Below are positions 38,877 through 51,535 of a stretch of 64,000 bases of DNA, one piece after another. The position numbers were made by a program, and so were the translations under genes. The stretch is taken from assembly GCA_038087875.1 (NCBI GenBank), contig CM075995.1, positions 2,978,001-3,042,000 of the forward strand, given 5' to 3'. The notes under the pieces were generated by a model that made no database searches, was not told where the DNA came from, and worked only from the letters and a program-made list of their open reading frames with translations. The DNA comes from Malacoraja senta. Its lineage: Eukaryota. The first letter of the stretch is position 1, and each line of letters starts with the position of its first letter.

Positions 38877-39348
38877 CAAGAGTCAGGGAGGGGGACACTG
38901 GAGGTGTTTAATCATCCCATCAATATTATGTACAATGAAATGTTTTACACGTGGATACACACATGGCCTTCTTCATTCTGAAGAAGGGTCTCGACCCAAA
39001 ACGTCACCCAATCCTTCTCCCCAGAGATGCTGCCTGTGAAATTCACCAGGACAGGTGATTAGGGACCAATGAAGAACCCACCATTCCATGGGTTTCTTTG
39101 GAGCAAAGCCAAAGCTATTGAACAAGTGTCTTCACCTTGATGACATTTCTGTGCCTCATCCAATTATGTATTGTCAGACTAAATGGATGACACCAAGGAA
39201 TAGGCTTTATCTTCAGCACATATGTTCATGCAGCTTGCTCAACATAATACAATTAACTAGTTTTGTTGAGGGGCCTTACAGATAAGTGTTTCAATTAAAG
39301 TTCCAATAATTGTACTGCCTATAATAATACAATAATCTGAGCTGGTGC

Positions 39349-39548
39349 NNNNNNNNNNNNNNNNNNNNNNNNNNNNNNNNNNNNNNNNNNNNNNNNNNNN
39401 NNNNNNNNNNNNNNNNNNNNNNNNNNNNNNNNNNNNNNNNNNNNNNNNNNNNNNNNNNNNNNNNNNNNNNNNNNNNNNNNNNNNNNNNNNNNNNNNNNNN
39501 NNNNNNNNNNNNNNNNNNNNNNNNNNNNNNNNNNNNNNNNNNNNNNNN
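39349..39548. other. Assembly gap (200 N)
   Basis: Run of exactly 200 N. Confidence 1.
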
Positions 39549-40051
39549 CTGTCCCGTATTAGCCGGGACATCCCATATATTGGGCTAAATTGGTTTGTCC
39601 CATACGGGACCTCCCTTGTCTCGTATTTGACTGCGACTACTCGGGTCGAGGGGACTGTCGGGTCTATCCGTGTCCGGCCCCGCCTCACTCGTCCCAATGT
39701 AGCGCAGCCCATGGAGTGCAGCAGCAGCAGCGCCTCGCCCGTGGCCCCGTCAGTCGGCAGCCCGGCCAGCGGTCCACCTCGGACCTTCGCTTAATGCTGA
39801 CACCACAACGCCTCCTTCCCATGGCCAATCATCAGTTCATGAGTTGGATGGGCTGCCGGACTTTGCGCGTGACCTGGGCCAAAACGCCTCAGCTTGACCA
39901 CCGGTTGAGCTTTGTGTGCAGTCCAGCACCCAGGCCAATGCATCATTCACCCAGCCACGGCCGAGACGGTCAACAAATTGCCGTCGGGAATTTTTGTCCT
40001 GTATATTTACCTTTTGTCCCTTATTTGGGAGTGAGAAAGTTGGCAACCCTA
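39549..40051. mobile_element. hAT-like MITE, one end lost in the gap
   Basis: Terminus GTTGGCAACCCTA (reverse complement TAGGGTTGCCAAC) with subterminal TGTCCC/GGGACA repeats at both ends. Confidence 0.6.
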
Positions 40052-40095
40052 TATTGCACTGATCTGACATTTGCGATTGCCACAGATATCTAATC

Positions 40096-40900
40096 AATAG
40101 ACAATAGACAATAGGTGCAGGAGTAGGCCATTCGGCCCTTCGAGCCAGCACAGCCATTCAATGTGATCATGGCTGATCATCCCCAATCAGTACCTCGTTC
40201 CTGCCTTCTCCCCATATCCCCATACTCTGCTATCTTTAACAGCCCTATCTAGCTCTCTCTTGAAAGTGTCCAGAGAACCGGCCTCCACCGCCCTCCGAGG
40301 CAGAGAATTCCACAGACTCACAACTCTCTGTGAGAAAAAGTGTTTCCTCGCCTCCGTTCCAAATGGCTTACTCCCTTATTCTTAAACTGTGGCCCCTGGT
40401 TCTGGACTCCCCCAACCTCTAGCGTGTCCAAACCCTTAACAATCTTATATGTTTCAATAAGATATCCTCTCATCCTTCTAAACTCCAGAGTGTACAAGCC
40501 TAGCCGCTCCATTCTCTCAGCATATGACAGTCCCGCCATCCCGGGAATTAACCTTGTAAACCTACGCTGCACTCCCTCAATAGCAAGAATGTCCTTCCTC
40601 AAATTAGGGTACAAAAACTGCACACAATACTCCAGGCGTGGTCTCACTAGGCTCCTGTACAACTGCAGAAGGACCTCTTTGCTCCTATACTCAACTCCTC
40701 TTGTTATAAAGGACAACATGCCATTCACTTTCTTCACTGCCTGCTGTACCTGCATGCTTACTTTCATAGACTGATGTACAAGAACCCCAGATCCCGTTGT
40801 ACTTCCCCTTTTTTCAACTTGACGCCATTTAGATAGTAATCTGCCTTCCTGTTTTTGATACCAGTGGATAACCTCACATTTATCCACATTAAACTTCATC
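40096..40900 (-). mobile_element. 5'-truncated CR1 LINE
   Basis: ORF 40318-40899 MKFNVDKCEVIH..LVRPRLEYCVQF; (TCTATTG)n tail. Confidence 0.9.
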
Positions 40901-41224
40901 TGACCATTCCCCCCCGGTAGTGTGCCACAGCTTGGCAGAGGAGTGATACATCAAAGACTGTATCGCTGATTAATGTCCAGGACAGTGCCAGGAGCAGTGT
41001 TGCTGACAACATACTCCAGCCCAGGATTAATGTACTTTCTTCAGCTCTATTGCCATTGCCTAATGGGGTGGGAGAGGAATTTCCCAGCTTTCTCCCTCAA
41101 ACTCTTTTAAAAAAAAAACAATTTCTTGGTTCCCCTCTTGCTGTATATACCTTGTGTTGCTGATTGCATAAGCAAGTTACAGAAACAGATCTACCAACAG
41201 AAAATACTTCACTGGAGGCAGTGA

Positions 41225-41490
41225 ATGGAATTCTCTGCCTCGGAAGTGGAATTCTCTGCCTCACAAGTGGAATTCTCTGCCACAGAAGGCAGTGGAAGTC
41301 AAATCACTGGATGTTTTCAAATGAGAGTTAGATATAGCTCTGAGGGCTAATGGAATCAAGGGATAAGGGGAGAAAACAGGAACGGGTACTAATTTTGGAT
41401 GATCCGCCACGATCATACTGGATGGTGGTACTGGCTCGAAGGGCTGAATGGCCTACTCCTGCACCTATTTTCTATGTTTCTATGTTTCTA
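41225..41490 (+). mobile_element. CR1 3' fragment with a triplicated 21-bp start
   Basis: TGGAATTCTCTGCC block three times; (TTTCTATG)n tail. Confidence 0.8.
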
Positions 41491-42296
41491 ACTCTCAACT
41501 AAATGGCAGGTGTCAGGTATAACAACGCACCACATAATGCACTTGTATACCCTATACTGGTATATTTCATGTTCATATGTTATAGGAGCAGAATTAGGCC
41601 ATTGGACCCATCAAGTCTACTCCACCATTCAATCATGACTCATCTATCTTTCCCTATCAACCCCTTTCTCCTACCTTCTCTCCATTCTTGTGCGGCGTTC
41701 TAGGTTATATGTTAAAATATTCCTATATTTATATTGAACCATCCTACCACAATTAGAGAGCAGATCTGAACTACTATCTACCTCATTGGAGACCCTCGGA
41801 ATATCCTTGATCGTACTTTACTGGCTTTATCTTGCACTAATCATTATTCACGTTATTCCCTTCATCATGTCATAGAGTCTTAGAGTGATACAGTGTGGAA
41901 ACAGGCCCTTCGGCCTAACTTGCCCACACTGCCAACATGTCCCAGCTACACTAGTCCCACCTGCCCACGTTTGGTCCATATCCCTCCAAACATGTCCTAC
42001 CTATGTACCTGTCTAACTGTTTCTTAAATGTTGGTATAGTCCCAGCCCCAACTACCTCCTCTGGCAGCTTGTTTCATACACCAACCACCCTTTGTGTGCA
42101 AAAGGTACCCCTCAGGGGATATGGTGTCAGGGGATATGGGGAGAAGGTAGGAACGGGGTACTAATTGGGGATGATCAACCATGATCACATTGAATGGCGG
42201 CGATGGCTCAAAGGGCCGAATGGCCTACTCGTGCACCTATTGTCTATTGTCTCAGATTCCTATTAAATCTTTACCCCTTCACCTTGAACCTATGTC

Positions 42297-43342
42297 TAGC
42301 AATGTTACAACATTTTGGGATTATAAAAATCAAGTCTGCAATTTATCCCATCAGATAAAGCATAAAAAGAAGTTTAATTTGACACCTAATTCACTTTCAT
42401 ATCTTCAGTATTAAAAAAGTTATGGCCATTTTCATACTCTGAAATTTGCATCTTGTTCCCTATTGCTTTTCCATTGACTTTACTCAAAAGCTGTGATCGA
42501 GGACAGTCAAAAGCCCATAACTTTCTTAAAAATTAAGAGAACTGAATGAAATTTTCAGTTATTACAGATTGAAGCATTCTGAAACAAATATGAAACAATC
42601 TTACTTAGATGACTTGAAATTAAAGCATATAATTAGTTAGTTACCTAATTGTAGCTAACTACAAAATTCAATTACTAGATCTAAACATCTATCCATTTCT
42701 TAAGAAAAGGTTAACATTTTTAAATAGCCTAAGTGTCCAAATAACATTCACACAAAAATTCACAATATAACATGATTTTTAAATCTCAATGTCATGAATT
42801 TATAAGCCAAACGGAAGGAATTTATTGTTTAATTCCCGTAAATTAATGGGCATTTTAATCATCTTGCAAGTGGGTTTTTGTGGAACGCGATCGTTTGGAA
42901 CGTTGTGGTTTGCATTGACTTTGAACCACATATCGGCAGGAAAAACACTGCCGGTTCGTATGGGGCCAAAATTACATTTTCGCCAAGGAAATTTTGATTA
43001 AAGTCATCCTAAGAAGCAAGTTTATATGTAAATAAACGACTTACATTTTGTTTTGTCCCCTACGTGAGATCCGTCCCGTTGTAGGCGTTGACGGCGTTAG
43101 AAGTAGCTTTTTATTTTACTCCAGCGATTAAATTGTCCTGCAATTCTTTTTTTTTTAACATCCGAGAACGGAAGTCGGGACGATTTTTCTGCAGCAGCTT
43201 AACAGCCTGAGGAGTTCGCCTCCGAAAGGCAGGAGAAAACGGCATTTTAATCCCGCCCACCCCCCCCTCAAAGGCGCCAAATTCACGCACACGGCCAGTG
43301 GCAGAACTGCAGCGCCGCTGAAGGTAAGTATTGTAACCGCTA
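42297..43342. mobile_element. Putative non-autonomous DNA transposon (hAT-like)
   Basis: Imperfect TIRs TAGCAATGTTACAACA and TATTGTAACCGCTA; CTATGTC duplicated at 42290-96 and 43343-49; AT-rich interior with no ORF. Confidence 0.5.
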
Positions 43343-43534
43343 CTATGTCCATCTAAAGGAAAGCGTTACAGATATAGTGAATGTGTTATTTGCCAAAATA
43401 TCTTTAAAACATCATAGAGGATAGAAAACACAAAACGCTACTATACAAGAATGGGGGAGATCTATAAAGAATACAGGAAACTATAAGTTGGTTAGCCTAT
43501 GCCATCATTGAGAAATGCTGGAATTCGTTGGAAT

Positions 43535-44048
43535 GAAATTCACCACAGAAAGCATTTTATCGAGATACATCACAGCTTGGTTTGAGAACAGCTCCATCCA
43601 AGACGGCAAGAAATAGCAGCGAATTGTGGAAGCAGCCCAGACCGTCACACAAACCAACCTCCCTTCTATTGATTCCATTTATACCTCACGCTGCCTCGGC
43701 AAGGCCAGCAGCATAATCAAGGACGAGTTGCACCCCAGCCACTCCCTCTTCTCCCCTCTCCCATCAGGTATAGAGGTGTGAATACGCACACCTCCAGATT
43801 CAGGAGCAGTTACCTCCCAGCTGTTATCAAGCAACTGAATCAACCTACCACAACCAGAGAACAGTTTCTGAACTGCTGTCTTCCTCTTTGATGACCCTCG
43901 GACAATCCTTCATCGTTTTTTGCTGGCTTTACCTTGTACTAGACGTTATGCCATAATCATGTATCTATACAATGTAAATGGATCTTTCTTGTCTTTCTGC
44001 TGGCTGGTTCGCACTCAACAAAAAGCTTTACACCGTACCTCGGTACAG
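43535..44048 (+). mobile_element. Rex1/Babar 3' end (RT C-terminus and 3' UTR)
   Basis: Translates to ESILSRYITAWFENSS..SRCLGKASSIIKD..HPSHSLFSPLPSG; the source of the many 3' UTR remnants. Confidence 0.8.
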
Positions 44049-44064
44049 AGGACCTTTGTTAATG

Positions 44065-44533
44065 GGGCGGGGCAGTGCTGCAGTGGTAGAGTTGCTGCCT
44101 TGCAGCACCGGAGATCAGGTTTTGATCCTGACCACGGGTGCTGTCTTTACAGAGTTTGCACGTTCTCCCCGTGAACTACGTGGGTTTTCTCCGGGAGCTC
44201 TGGTTTCCTCCAACTCTCCAAAGTCATGAAGGTTTGTAGGTTAATTGGCTTTAGTACAATTGTAGCTTGTCCCTGGTGTGTGTGGGATAGTGTTTGTGTG
44301 CAGGGATCGCTGATCGACGTGGACTCGGTGGGTTGAAGGGCCTGTTTCCGCGCTGCATCTCTAAAACTATCTCTAAAAGTCCCCGCATAAATTAACACTA
44401 TCCTACACACACTTGGGACAATGTACACATACACAACGCCAATTAACCTACATGCCTGCACGTCTTTGGAGTGTGGGAGGAAACCAAAGATCTCGGAGAA
44501 AACCCACGCGGTCATGGGGAGAACGTACAAACC
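44065..44533. mobile_element. V-SINE (+, 44065-44378) fused to a partial minus-strand V-SINE
   Basis: Head, V domain and tail, then an inverted V domain. Confidence 0.8.
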
Positions 44534-45144
44534 TACCTTTATAATGACATGAAGGTCGCAACCAAATGAGCTAGATAATATTTCTGGAGTAGATCAGAAA
44601 GCCACATTCTTTCATTCTACCATTGGCTGGAATGAAAGCCTGCATGGGACAGCAAAGCATTAGGGTTTATGATAGTTGGGGTTTTGGATCGACTAGGCTT
44701 ATATTCACTGGTATTTAGAAGGATAAGAGGGGATCTTATCGAAACATATAACATTCTATAATCATGACTGATCTATCTCTCCCTCCTAACCCCATTCTCC
44801 TGCCTTCTCCCGATAACCTCTGACACCCGTACTAATCCAGGTCATACAGTTCAAGAACGGGCCCTTTGGCCTACACTGTCTATGCCGAACATGTTGTTAA
44901 GACCACCTCTTTTCTACCTGTTCATAATCCATATCCCTCCATTCCCTGCATATCCATGTGTCTATCTAAAAGTCTGTTAAATGCCACTTATGAACTAATG
45001 AACATGAACTATCATATCTGCCTCAGCCCCAGCAATGCGTTGCAGGCACTTACCACATTCCATGCAACATACTTATACTGAACATCTCCTTTAAACTTTG
45101 CCCCTCTCACCTTAAAGTTTTGCCCTCTAGTATTTGATTGGATG

Positions 45145-45570
45145 GATCGACTGTGCTTATATTCACTGGAATTTAGAAGGATGAGAGGGGATCTTACAGA
45201 AACATATAGAATTCTTGAAGGATTGGACAGGCTAGATACAGGAAAAAATGTTCCCGATGTTGGGGGAGTCCAAAACCAGGGGTCACAGTTTAAGAATAAG
45301 GGGTCGGCCATTTAGGACTGAGATGAGGAAAAACTTTTTCACCCAGAGAGTTGTGTATCTGTGGAATTCTCTGCCACAGAGGCCAATTCACTGGATGTTT
45401 TCAAGAGAGAGTTAGATATAGCTCTCAGGGCTAATGGAATCAAGGGATATGGGGGGAAAGCAGGAACGGGTCACTGATTTTGAATGATCAGCCGTGATCA
45501 TATTGAATGGCAGTTCTGGCTCGAAGGGCCGATTGGCCTACTCCTGCATCTATTTTCTATGTTTCTTGTT
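45145..45570 (+). mobile_element. CR1 3' fragment
   Basis: CACTGGAATTTAGAAGGATGAGAGGGG..GGCTCGAAGGGCC..TTTCTATG. Confidence 0.85.
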
Positions 45571-46039
45571 TAAGATAATTCTCCTACTCCCCATTTAGCA
45601 GCTATTTCTGTGCTGTTTGCTCTGGTGAATGTGTTATTAAAATGAGTTTGATTTCTCCAGGCGAATGCAATCAACCACAAGCCTCTGGCGAAGATTAGAA
45701 TCCCAAACCTGACATAAATCTTTGTAAATATCATCGTAAAGGGTCAACGATCAGGATTTCTATGTAAACACGAGTGAGGCCACACTTTGAGCATTGGGTT
45801 TCGTGTTGTTTGCCCTGCTGTAGGAAATATGCCGTTAAGCTGCAAAGGATACAGGGAGAATTTATTACCATGTTGCCAGGACTTGAGGGCCTGAGCTACA
45901 ATATAGAGAGTGACTGGGCAGTAGGAAGGAATTGCAGATGCTGGTTCACCTCTTAGTATCTTTGCCATCACTTTGCTCCCTTTATTTCTATCAAAACTGT
46001 GACCTCTCAATGGTGTAAGAAGAAACTACTGTTGCTAGT

Positions 46040-46390
46040 TGACACAAAATGCTGGGGTAACTCAGTGGCACAGGCAGCATCTCTGGAGAAAATGAATATG
46101 TGACGTTTCGGGTCGGGTTTCGGGTCAAGACCCTTCTTCAGACTGCGAGTCAGGGTAGAGAGAAACTGGATGTATGAAAAGGTACAAAGAGCAAAGGAAG
46201 GAAAGGTATGCCAAAGGACAAATCAAAGCCAGCACCGATGATCAAGGAAAGGTGGAGCCCACAATAGTCCATTGTTGGCTGTGGAAAAGGTGAATAAAGG
46301 GATGTGAACAGTGAAACTAAGCAGGACGACAATGAAACTAGTACGATGACTAGGGTGGAAATTGTAAAGAGGTAGATGACTAGAGGATGG
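46040..46390 (-). mobile_element. Penelope 3' UTR and terminal unit
   Basis: Minus strand CAGTCTGAAGAAGGGTCTTGACCCGAAACCCGACCCGAAACGTCAC (part of the core duplicated). Confidence 0.7.
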
Positions 46391-47776
46391 AGGAGACAAG
46401 GGCAGAAGGGCAGGAGGGGATGCAGGTGCATCAAAGGGCAGTGCGCCGGCAGGCGAGGGAGGACTAGCCGGAGAAGGATTGGACCGATATAGCTGAGAGG
46501 GTGGCGACCGTGGCATACGGGGAGCGATATATGGGAGGGGAGGTTGTAATTATACTTGTGATATGGGGAGTGGTTAGTAGTGATGAGGTAACTATATTAA
46601 AGGCACATGCATATCTCATCTACAGAAATGAGAGGAAAAAACAGAGGTTACCTGAAATTCGAGTTAGAATGAAATGAGAATGATTGCACATTTTCCCTGT
46701 GGCCGCATGGATTTTCCTCGGTCCTTTGGTTTCCTCTCACATCCCATAGTTGTGCTAGTTGGCAGGTTAACAGGCCACTGCAATTGCCCCTACTGTACAG
46801 TCAAAATGGTAGCATTGGGAAGATTGGAGGGTGTTGTTGTGAATGTGGGTTTGGTGTGGGATACTTGTAAGTGGATGTGCCATAGGACTCTGTGGGTCGA
46901 TGAGCCCATTTCTGTTCTCTCTGTGACTCCAGGTGATTCAGTTCTATTATGCAGGACAATTGGTGGCAGAACATTTTAATGTGAGGGTGATATGCAAGTA
47001 CATGGGAATACATGCGATTGGAACGAAGATGAGAGGTGAGAGCAACCAGAGAGACCTACGCGTTCAACTATCTCTGACTGGATAATCTTAAGTTATGTGA
47101 TAGGAGTAGAATTGGGTCTTTCGGCCCATAAAATCTACTCCGCCATTCAATCATGGCAGATCTATCTCTCCTCCGAACCCCATTCTCCTGCCTTCTCCCC
47201 ATAACCTCTGACACCCGTACTAATCAAGAATAGTAAGATTAAACGAGAACTTACCAGTTTGAAGTTTGATCTTTATTTTATGAGGAGTTACGTTGGTGAT
47301 TACGTGAAGAACCCCGTCAGGGCGCATGCGCGTCAATCTTCAAAGCAGCGGTATGAAATCACAGACAAAACCATAATAGAAGTAGCATATTAAGATGATC
47401 AACATGAGAACTACCATTATGACCTTTTTTCTATGAGAGAGGGTTGGGCGTGGCGGGCACGTAATCACCAACGTAACTCCTCATAAAATAAAGATCAAAC
47501 TTCAAACTGGTAAGTTCTCGTTTAATCTTACTATTTTACTTCGGAGTCACGTGAGTGACTACGTGAAGATTTTAAAGGTCTGTGATTTTTATGCCGCAGA
47601 TCAAAATCCCGGCTTCTCACTGCATCGATTGACTGAGTATCATCAATAATGCTGTAAACATGACATTGCATATCATGCAAAAAACAAACATTTATTTTTG
47701 GTCATAAAACAACCAATAAACCCTCTTAATGTAGGGCAACAAACGAAACAGAATGAAACAGTATTGAAAACAGACT

Positions 47777-48776
47777 TTAAACAATAGCAACAGCACTCAA
47801 TATTGAGTTAGCAAACAGCCCTCCATCGGCAATCGGCCGATGGTAGTATTGCTGAAACACAAGTTCATTTTTCCAACCTGCGGCTTTTAATATATGGTCG
47901 ATGGGAACGTCCATCGCCCTTGCCGCGGATGTTGCTACTGCGCTAGTGGAATGAGATGTAAACACATAAATGTTAATTCCTGCCTGAACCAACTCTTGCT
48001 TTAACCACCTTGAGATAGTCTGAACTGCCACTCTTTTATGTTGGCTTTTTGTAACTGACAAATAATCCTGTTTCTTCTTGTCTTAAAGCCCTTGTGGCTT
48101 CAATGTAATGTAACAAATGTGTCCTTACACATAAACATGGAACTGTAGGATATGCTGAGAACACAATCTTAAAACCTGTCACACCTGGCCTGCTTTGTTT
48201 GAGCAGGTCAGAAATATAAAACAGAACATTCTCTGTATTCACTTCCATTCTCTCGAAACTGAAGTTTTTTGGAAAGTCTGCACTCTCTGTAGTGACACCA
48301 ATGCCATTAGCATAGCCAATTTCATGGTTAATTTTAACAAAGTTATAGACGTGACAGGGACCCAATGACGAAGTATGTTACGAACAACACTTACCTTGCA
48401 GATTACCATATACCTAGGCTTAGGCGGTTTGGAATTAGATTCCTTTCATCAACCTAGATATGAGAGGGTGAGAACCTATACTTTGTGTCCGTGTAACTAT
48501 TACAAGATATGCGGACAAAGCACTTCTAGCTGTATTGATAGCAGTATAGCTAAGACCTTCATCATAATAAATGTAGATAAACTCGAACACATTTTCAATA
48601 ACTACAGTATCATATTGAATCTTCTTTTGAACACAATATTGTTCCTTTTTTTTTTTTTTTTTTCTTTCATAAGTCATATATTGTTTTTGAGTACTCTTTC
48701 TCCAAACTGCAGCGAGTATATACACCGTTGGCCTAGAAAGTCCTCGACCAATGTAAGGCATTCTTGAAACCTGCAA
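47777..48776 (-). pseudogene. DIRS tyrosine recombinase (frameshifted)
   Basis: GLSYTAINTARSALS..HPLISRLMKGI; LKQSRPG..CVRTHLLHYIEAT; TISRWLK..HSTS..AAGW..FQQYY (HSTR arginine altered). Confidence 0.88.
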
Positions 48777-48949
48777 ACTAACAGATCCATACCGTCACAT
48801 AACGGATGAACTTAATGCGTTACTGGATGCTCCAACAAATTCCTACTGTTTGGAATCAGCAAAAAGAGGTTGGATCGCTATCTGTAACATCAAAGGGAAC
48901 CATGGTTGAATCAGGCAATTTGGTATCACCAAAACCCCTGAAGCGGCAT

Positions 48950-50373
48950 CCTGCTTGATTTTCTCAACACCGACCTATGAGGCAGAATGGTGGGAAAATG
49001 TACACAAACATATCATCCCAATATAGTGAAAAAGCATCAATTGCCACTGCCCCTGGATCTGGTGCCTATGAAACATATTTTGGCCTTCCATATAGAAGTA
49101 CTATGTTCTTGAACACATCCTGGTTCCACATCCACTCTGTGTTATGATGGAATTTCGTGAGCTGCCATCTGGTACTACATTAATTTCCCTGGCAGATAGA
49201 TAGCTCCAATCCAAATCTCTCTATCCCTACTCCAGGTCCCATTGTATTTGCCAACCTGTCACATGATAACGATTTGATTCCACCCATGTGATTCATATCA
49301 GCAACTGCTGCAGTGTTGTCTATTTTGCACTGCACATGCAAATCTAGTTTAGTTAGTGCCATAAGCCTTGAGTCCATAAAATACTCTTGGTTAATTCCCC
49401 ATGTTTGCAGAAGCAATGTCATCTGTCTCCACCACTGGTTCTTGTATCAGTAGCACCCTACCCAAGTGCTCTGACATCTGTCTGCAAATCATGGAAGCTT
49501 GGTCCAATAACACTTTGGAATACTAGTGGACACATGCTGAATCCACCATTGTACATCAGCAACAGCCTCTATTGATAGAAGCATAGGTCTATTATAATGA
49601 CCCCAATGTATCCTCAATGCTTGTTCCTTTGACCTTTGTAATTGTAGATAATAAAGTGGCCATATTGAACTGCTGGAAATGCTGCCAGCCATTACCACAG
49701 CAGTCTTGTCACCTGGCTAATTGAAGGCTGTGTGTTAGCAATTAACTTGATATAGCTCTTAATTAGCTGTACCCTTTTTTGCCTGGGCAAGGTCACAATG
49801 ATGTTGATTAAGTCCATTGTGAACCCAACTAGTCAATTTGTGTCACAGGTATAAATTTAGACTTCCTCAGAATAGCTTATAAAGCCCAATTAAAAATTGG
49901 TTTTTACCAACTGCCACTGATGTGTCAGCTGTTTCCTTTGATTGTCTACAATCAAGATATTATCTAGCTAAACCATGATCACATGACCTTGACTTCTCTT
50001 CATGCCTAGAATAGGTTTTAACAACTTTGTAATCCCTCTAGGAGCTGAAGACAAACCATTAGGCAGTGGATTGTATTGGCATAATTCCCATCCAGCTGAA
50101 TTTTAAATCTTCTATCCTGTAAATGAACAGACACTGAATCCGCATCTTTAAGATCTCCTTCACAAACGTTTCCATCTTAAATTGTCTATACCGTACAAAA
50201 GGGTTAAGCCTATTCAGGTCTGTATAATTCTGCTTCCCCCCATCCTTTTTTGGTCTGGGAAAGATATTGGACACAAGCTGATGGCTTTGGTAAACTGCCT
50301 TAGCAATTACACCTATTACATAAGCTTGCAAGTTCCAGCTGAACTTCCAATTATTCAGTGATACTGAAGTCAA
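48950..50373 (-). pseudogene. DIRS RT, RNase H and methyltransferase-like domains (stops and frameshifts)
   Basis: SNIFPRPKKDGG..DLNRLN..FKMET, LPNGLSSAPR, *LDNILI (YLDD site); QTDVRALG*GA and DNTAAVADMNHMGG (RNase H); PDPGAVAIDAFSLYWD..YIFPPF (MT). Confidence 0.88.
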
Positions 50374-51289
50374 ACTCCCTTTTTTGGAACATGTTGCATG
50401 GGTAAATCAAAATTTGCATTTAAGCTTTATTCGATGCCCTTGAATAACCTTCAGTATAAACATATCTGAGGTAAACATTTAATGTATCACATTAGATCTG
50501 TCTACATGAGAACCCAGACCCTCTTACCTCCTTACCACCTGGCATTCTTCCCCGGCCTTGAGCTGGATATCTCACCTCCGTGGCGGTGCTACAGCCGAAC
50601 GGCAACTGCGCTGCATCGTAGCTGGACTCGTCCCTTGCCCGGACCAGTCTGCTCCCTTATAGGGATACTTCCGCTTTGGTGAATATGTGGCTGGCTTCTT
50701 AGCCTCCCTCCTCCAGCTCCTTCACCTGCTGTGCGAAATCCTCGCCAAACAGCTGTGCCGGTTGCACTGTGCCAGGCTGGCAGAGTGAAGCATATTTATC
50801 ATTGATGGTTGGTCTAATCGCATCTTGCAGAGGCAGTTGATCTCAAAGTGGGCAATCCACAATAGCGCCTTTTGTTGTAATTTGTCATGGCCTCTCCATC
50901 TACCATCCTGGCAAAGCTCGTTATACCAGATGCCAGCAACTTTAAAATATGCTGGAGCTTCACATGCTCCTGGGCTTTCATTAGTATGCCCATCTTGCCC
51001 CAATTCTTCCGTTCCCAACAGGAACTTTTAACTGTCCTCAGTTGATTGGGGCTTCATACTTCGTTACTGTCTCATCCATTGTCAGCTCCTGTAGCTGATG
51101 TGAGACTTGGTAATTTATGCTGGTGGCAAGTTCCTCACCCAGAGACTCACCAGCATCCGACGACATGGCATACCGTGCTGCACACGGTGTCAGCTCTGGC
51201 AGCTGCCTGCCCTCCCTTTGGATGTCGTCGGACTCAGGGTCAGAGCGTATCTGCCCTTCTGCACTCACCTCTTTGCAAAGGGGGTGCTT

Positions 51290-51535
51290 TCAAGCAGGCC
51301 TCTACTAGGCACTGCCAGCGGAGCCGTCCCCACGGCCTCCCGCCTGCACAACTCCTCCTGGAGTATGGCTTTATGAAGCAGGGCCTCTCCTAGGCACTGC
51401 CAGCGGAGCCTTCCCTAAGGCTTCCCGCCTGCACTACTCCTCCTGGAGTGTGGCTTTATGAGGCAGACCTCTCCTAGGCACTGCCAGCGGAGCCTTCTCT
51501 ATGGCTTCCCACCTGTATTACTCCTCCTGGAGCGT
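51290..51535. repeat. About 84-bp tandem repeat, about 2.8 copies, in the DIRS gag region
   Basis: TAGGCACTGCCAGCGGAGCC at 51306, 51391 and 51475. Confidence 0.9.

Noticed and set aside
39257..39794. ORFs of about 150 aa
   Set aside because: They span the 200-N gap and are artefacts.
47777..48776. Prophage or bacterial integrase, or contamination
   Set aside because: The YR is colinear with RT/RNase H and bounded by DIRS ITR/ICR inside a vertebrate CR1.
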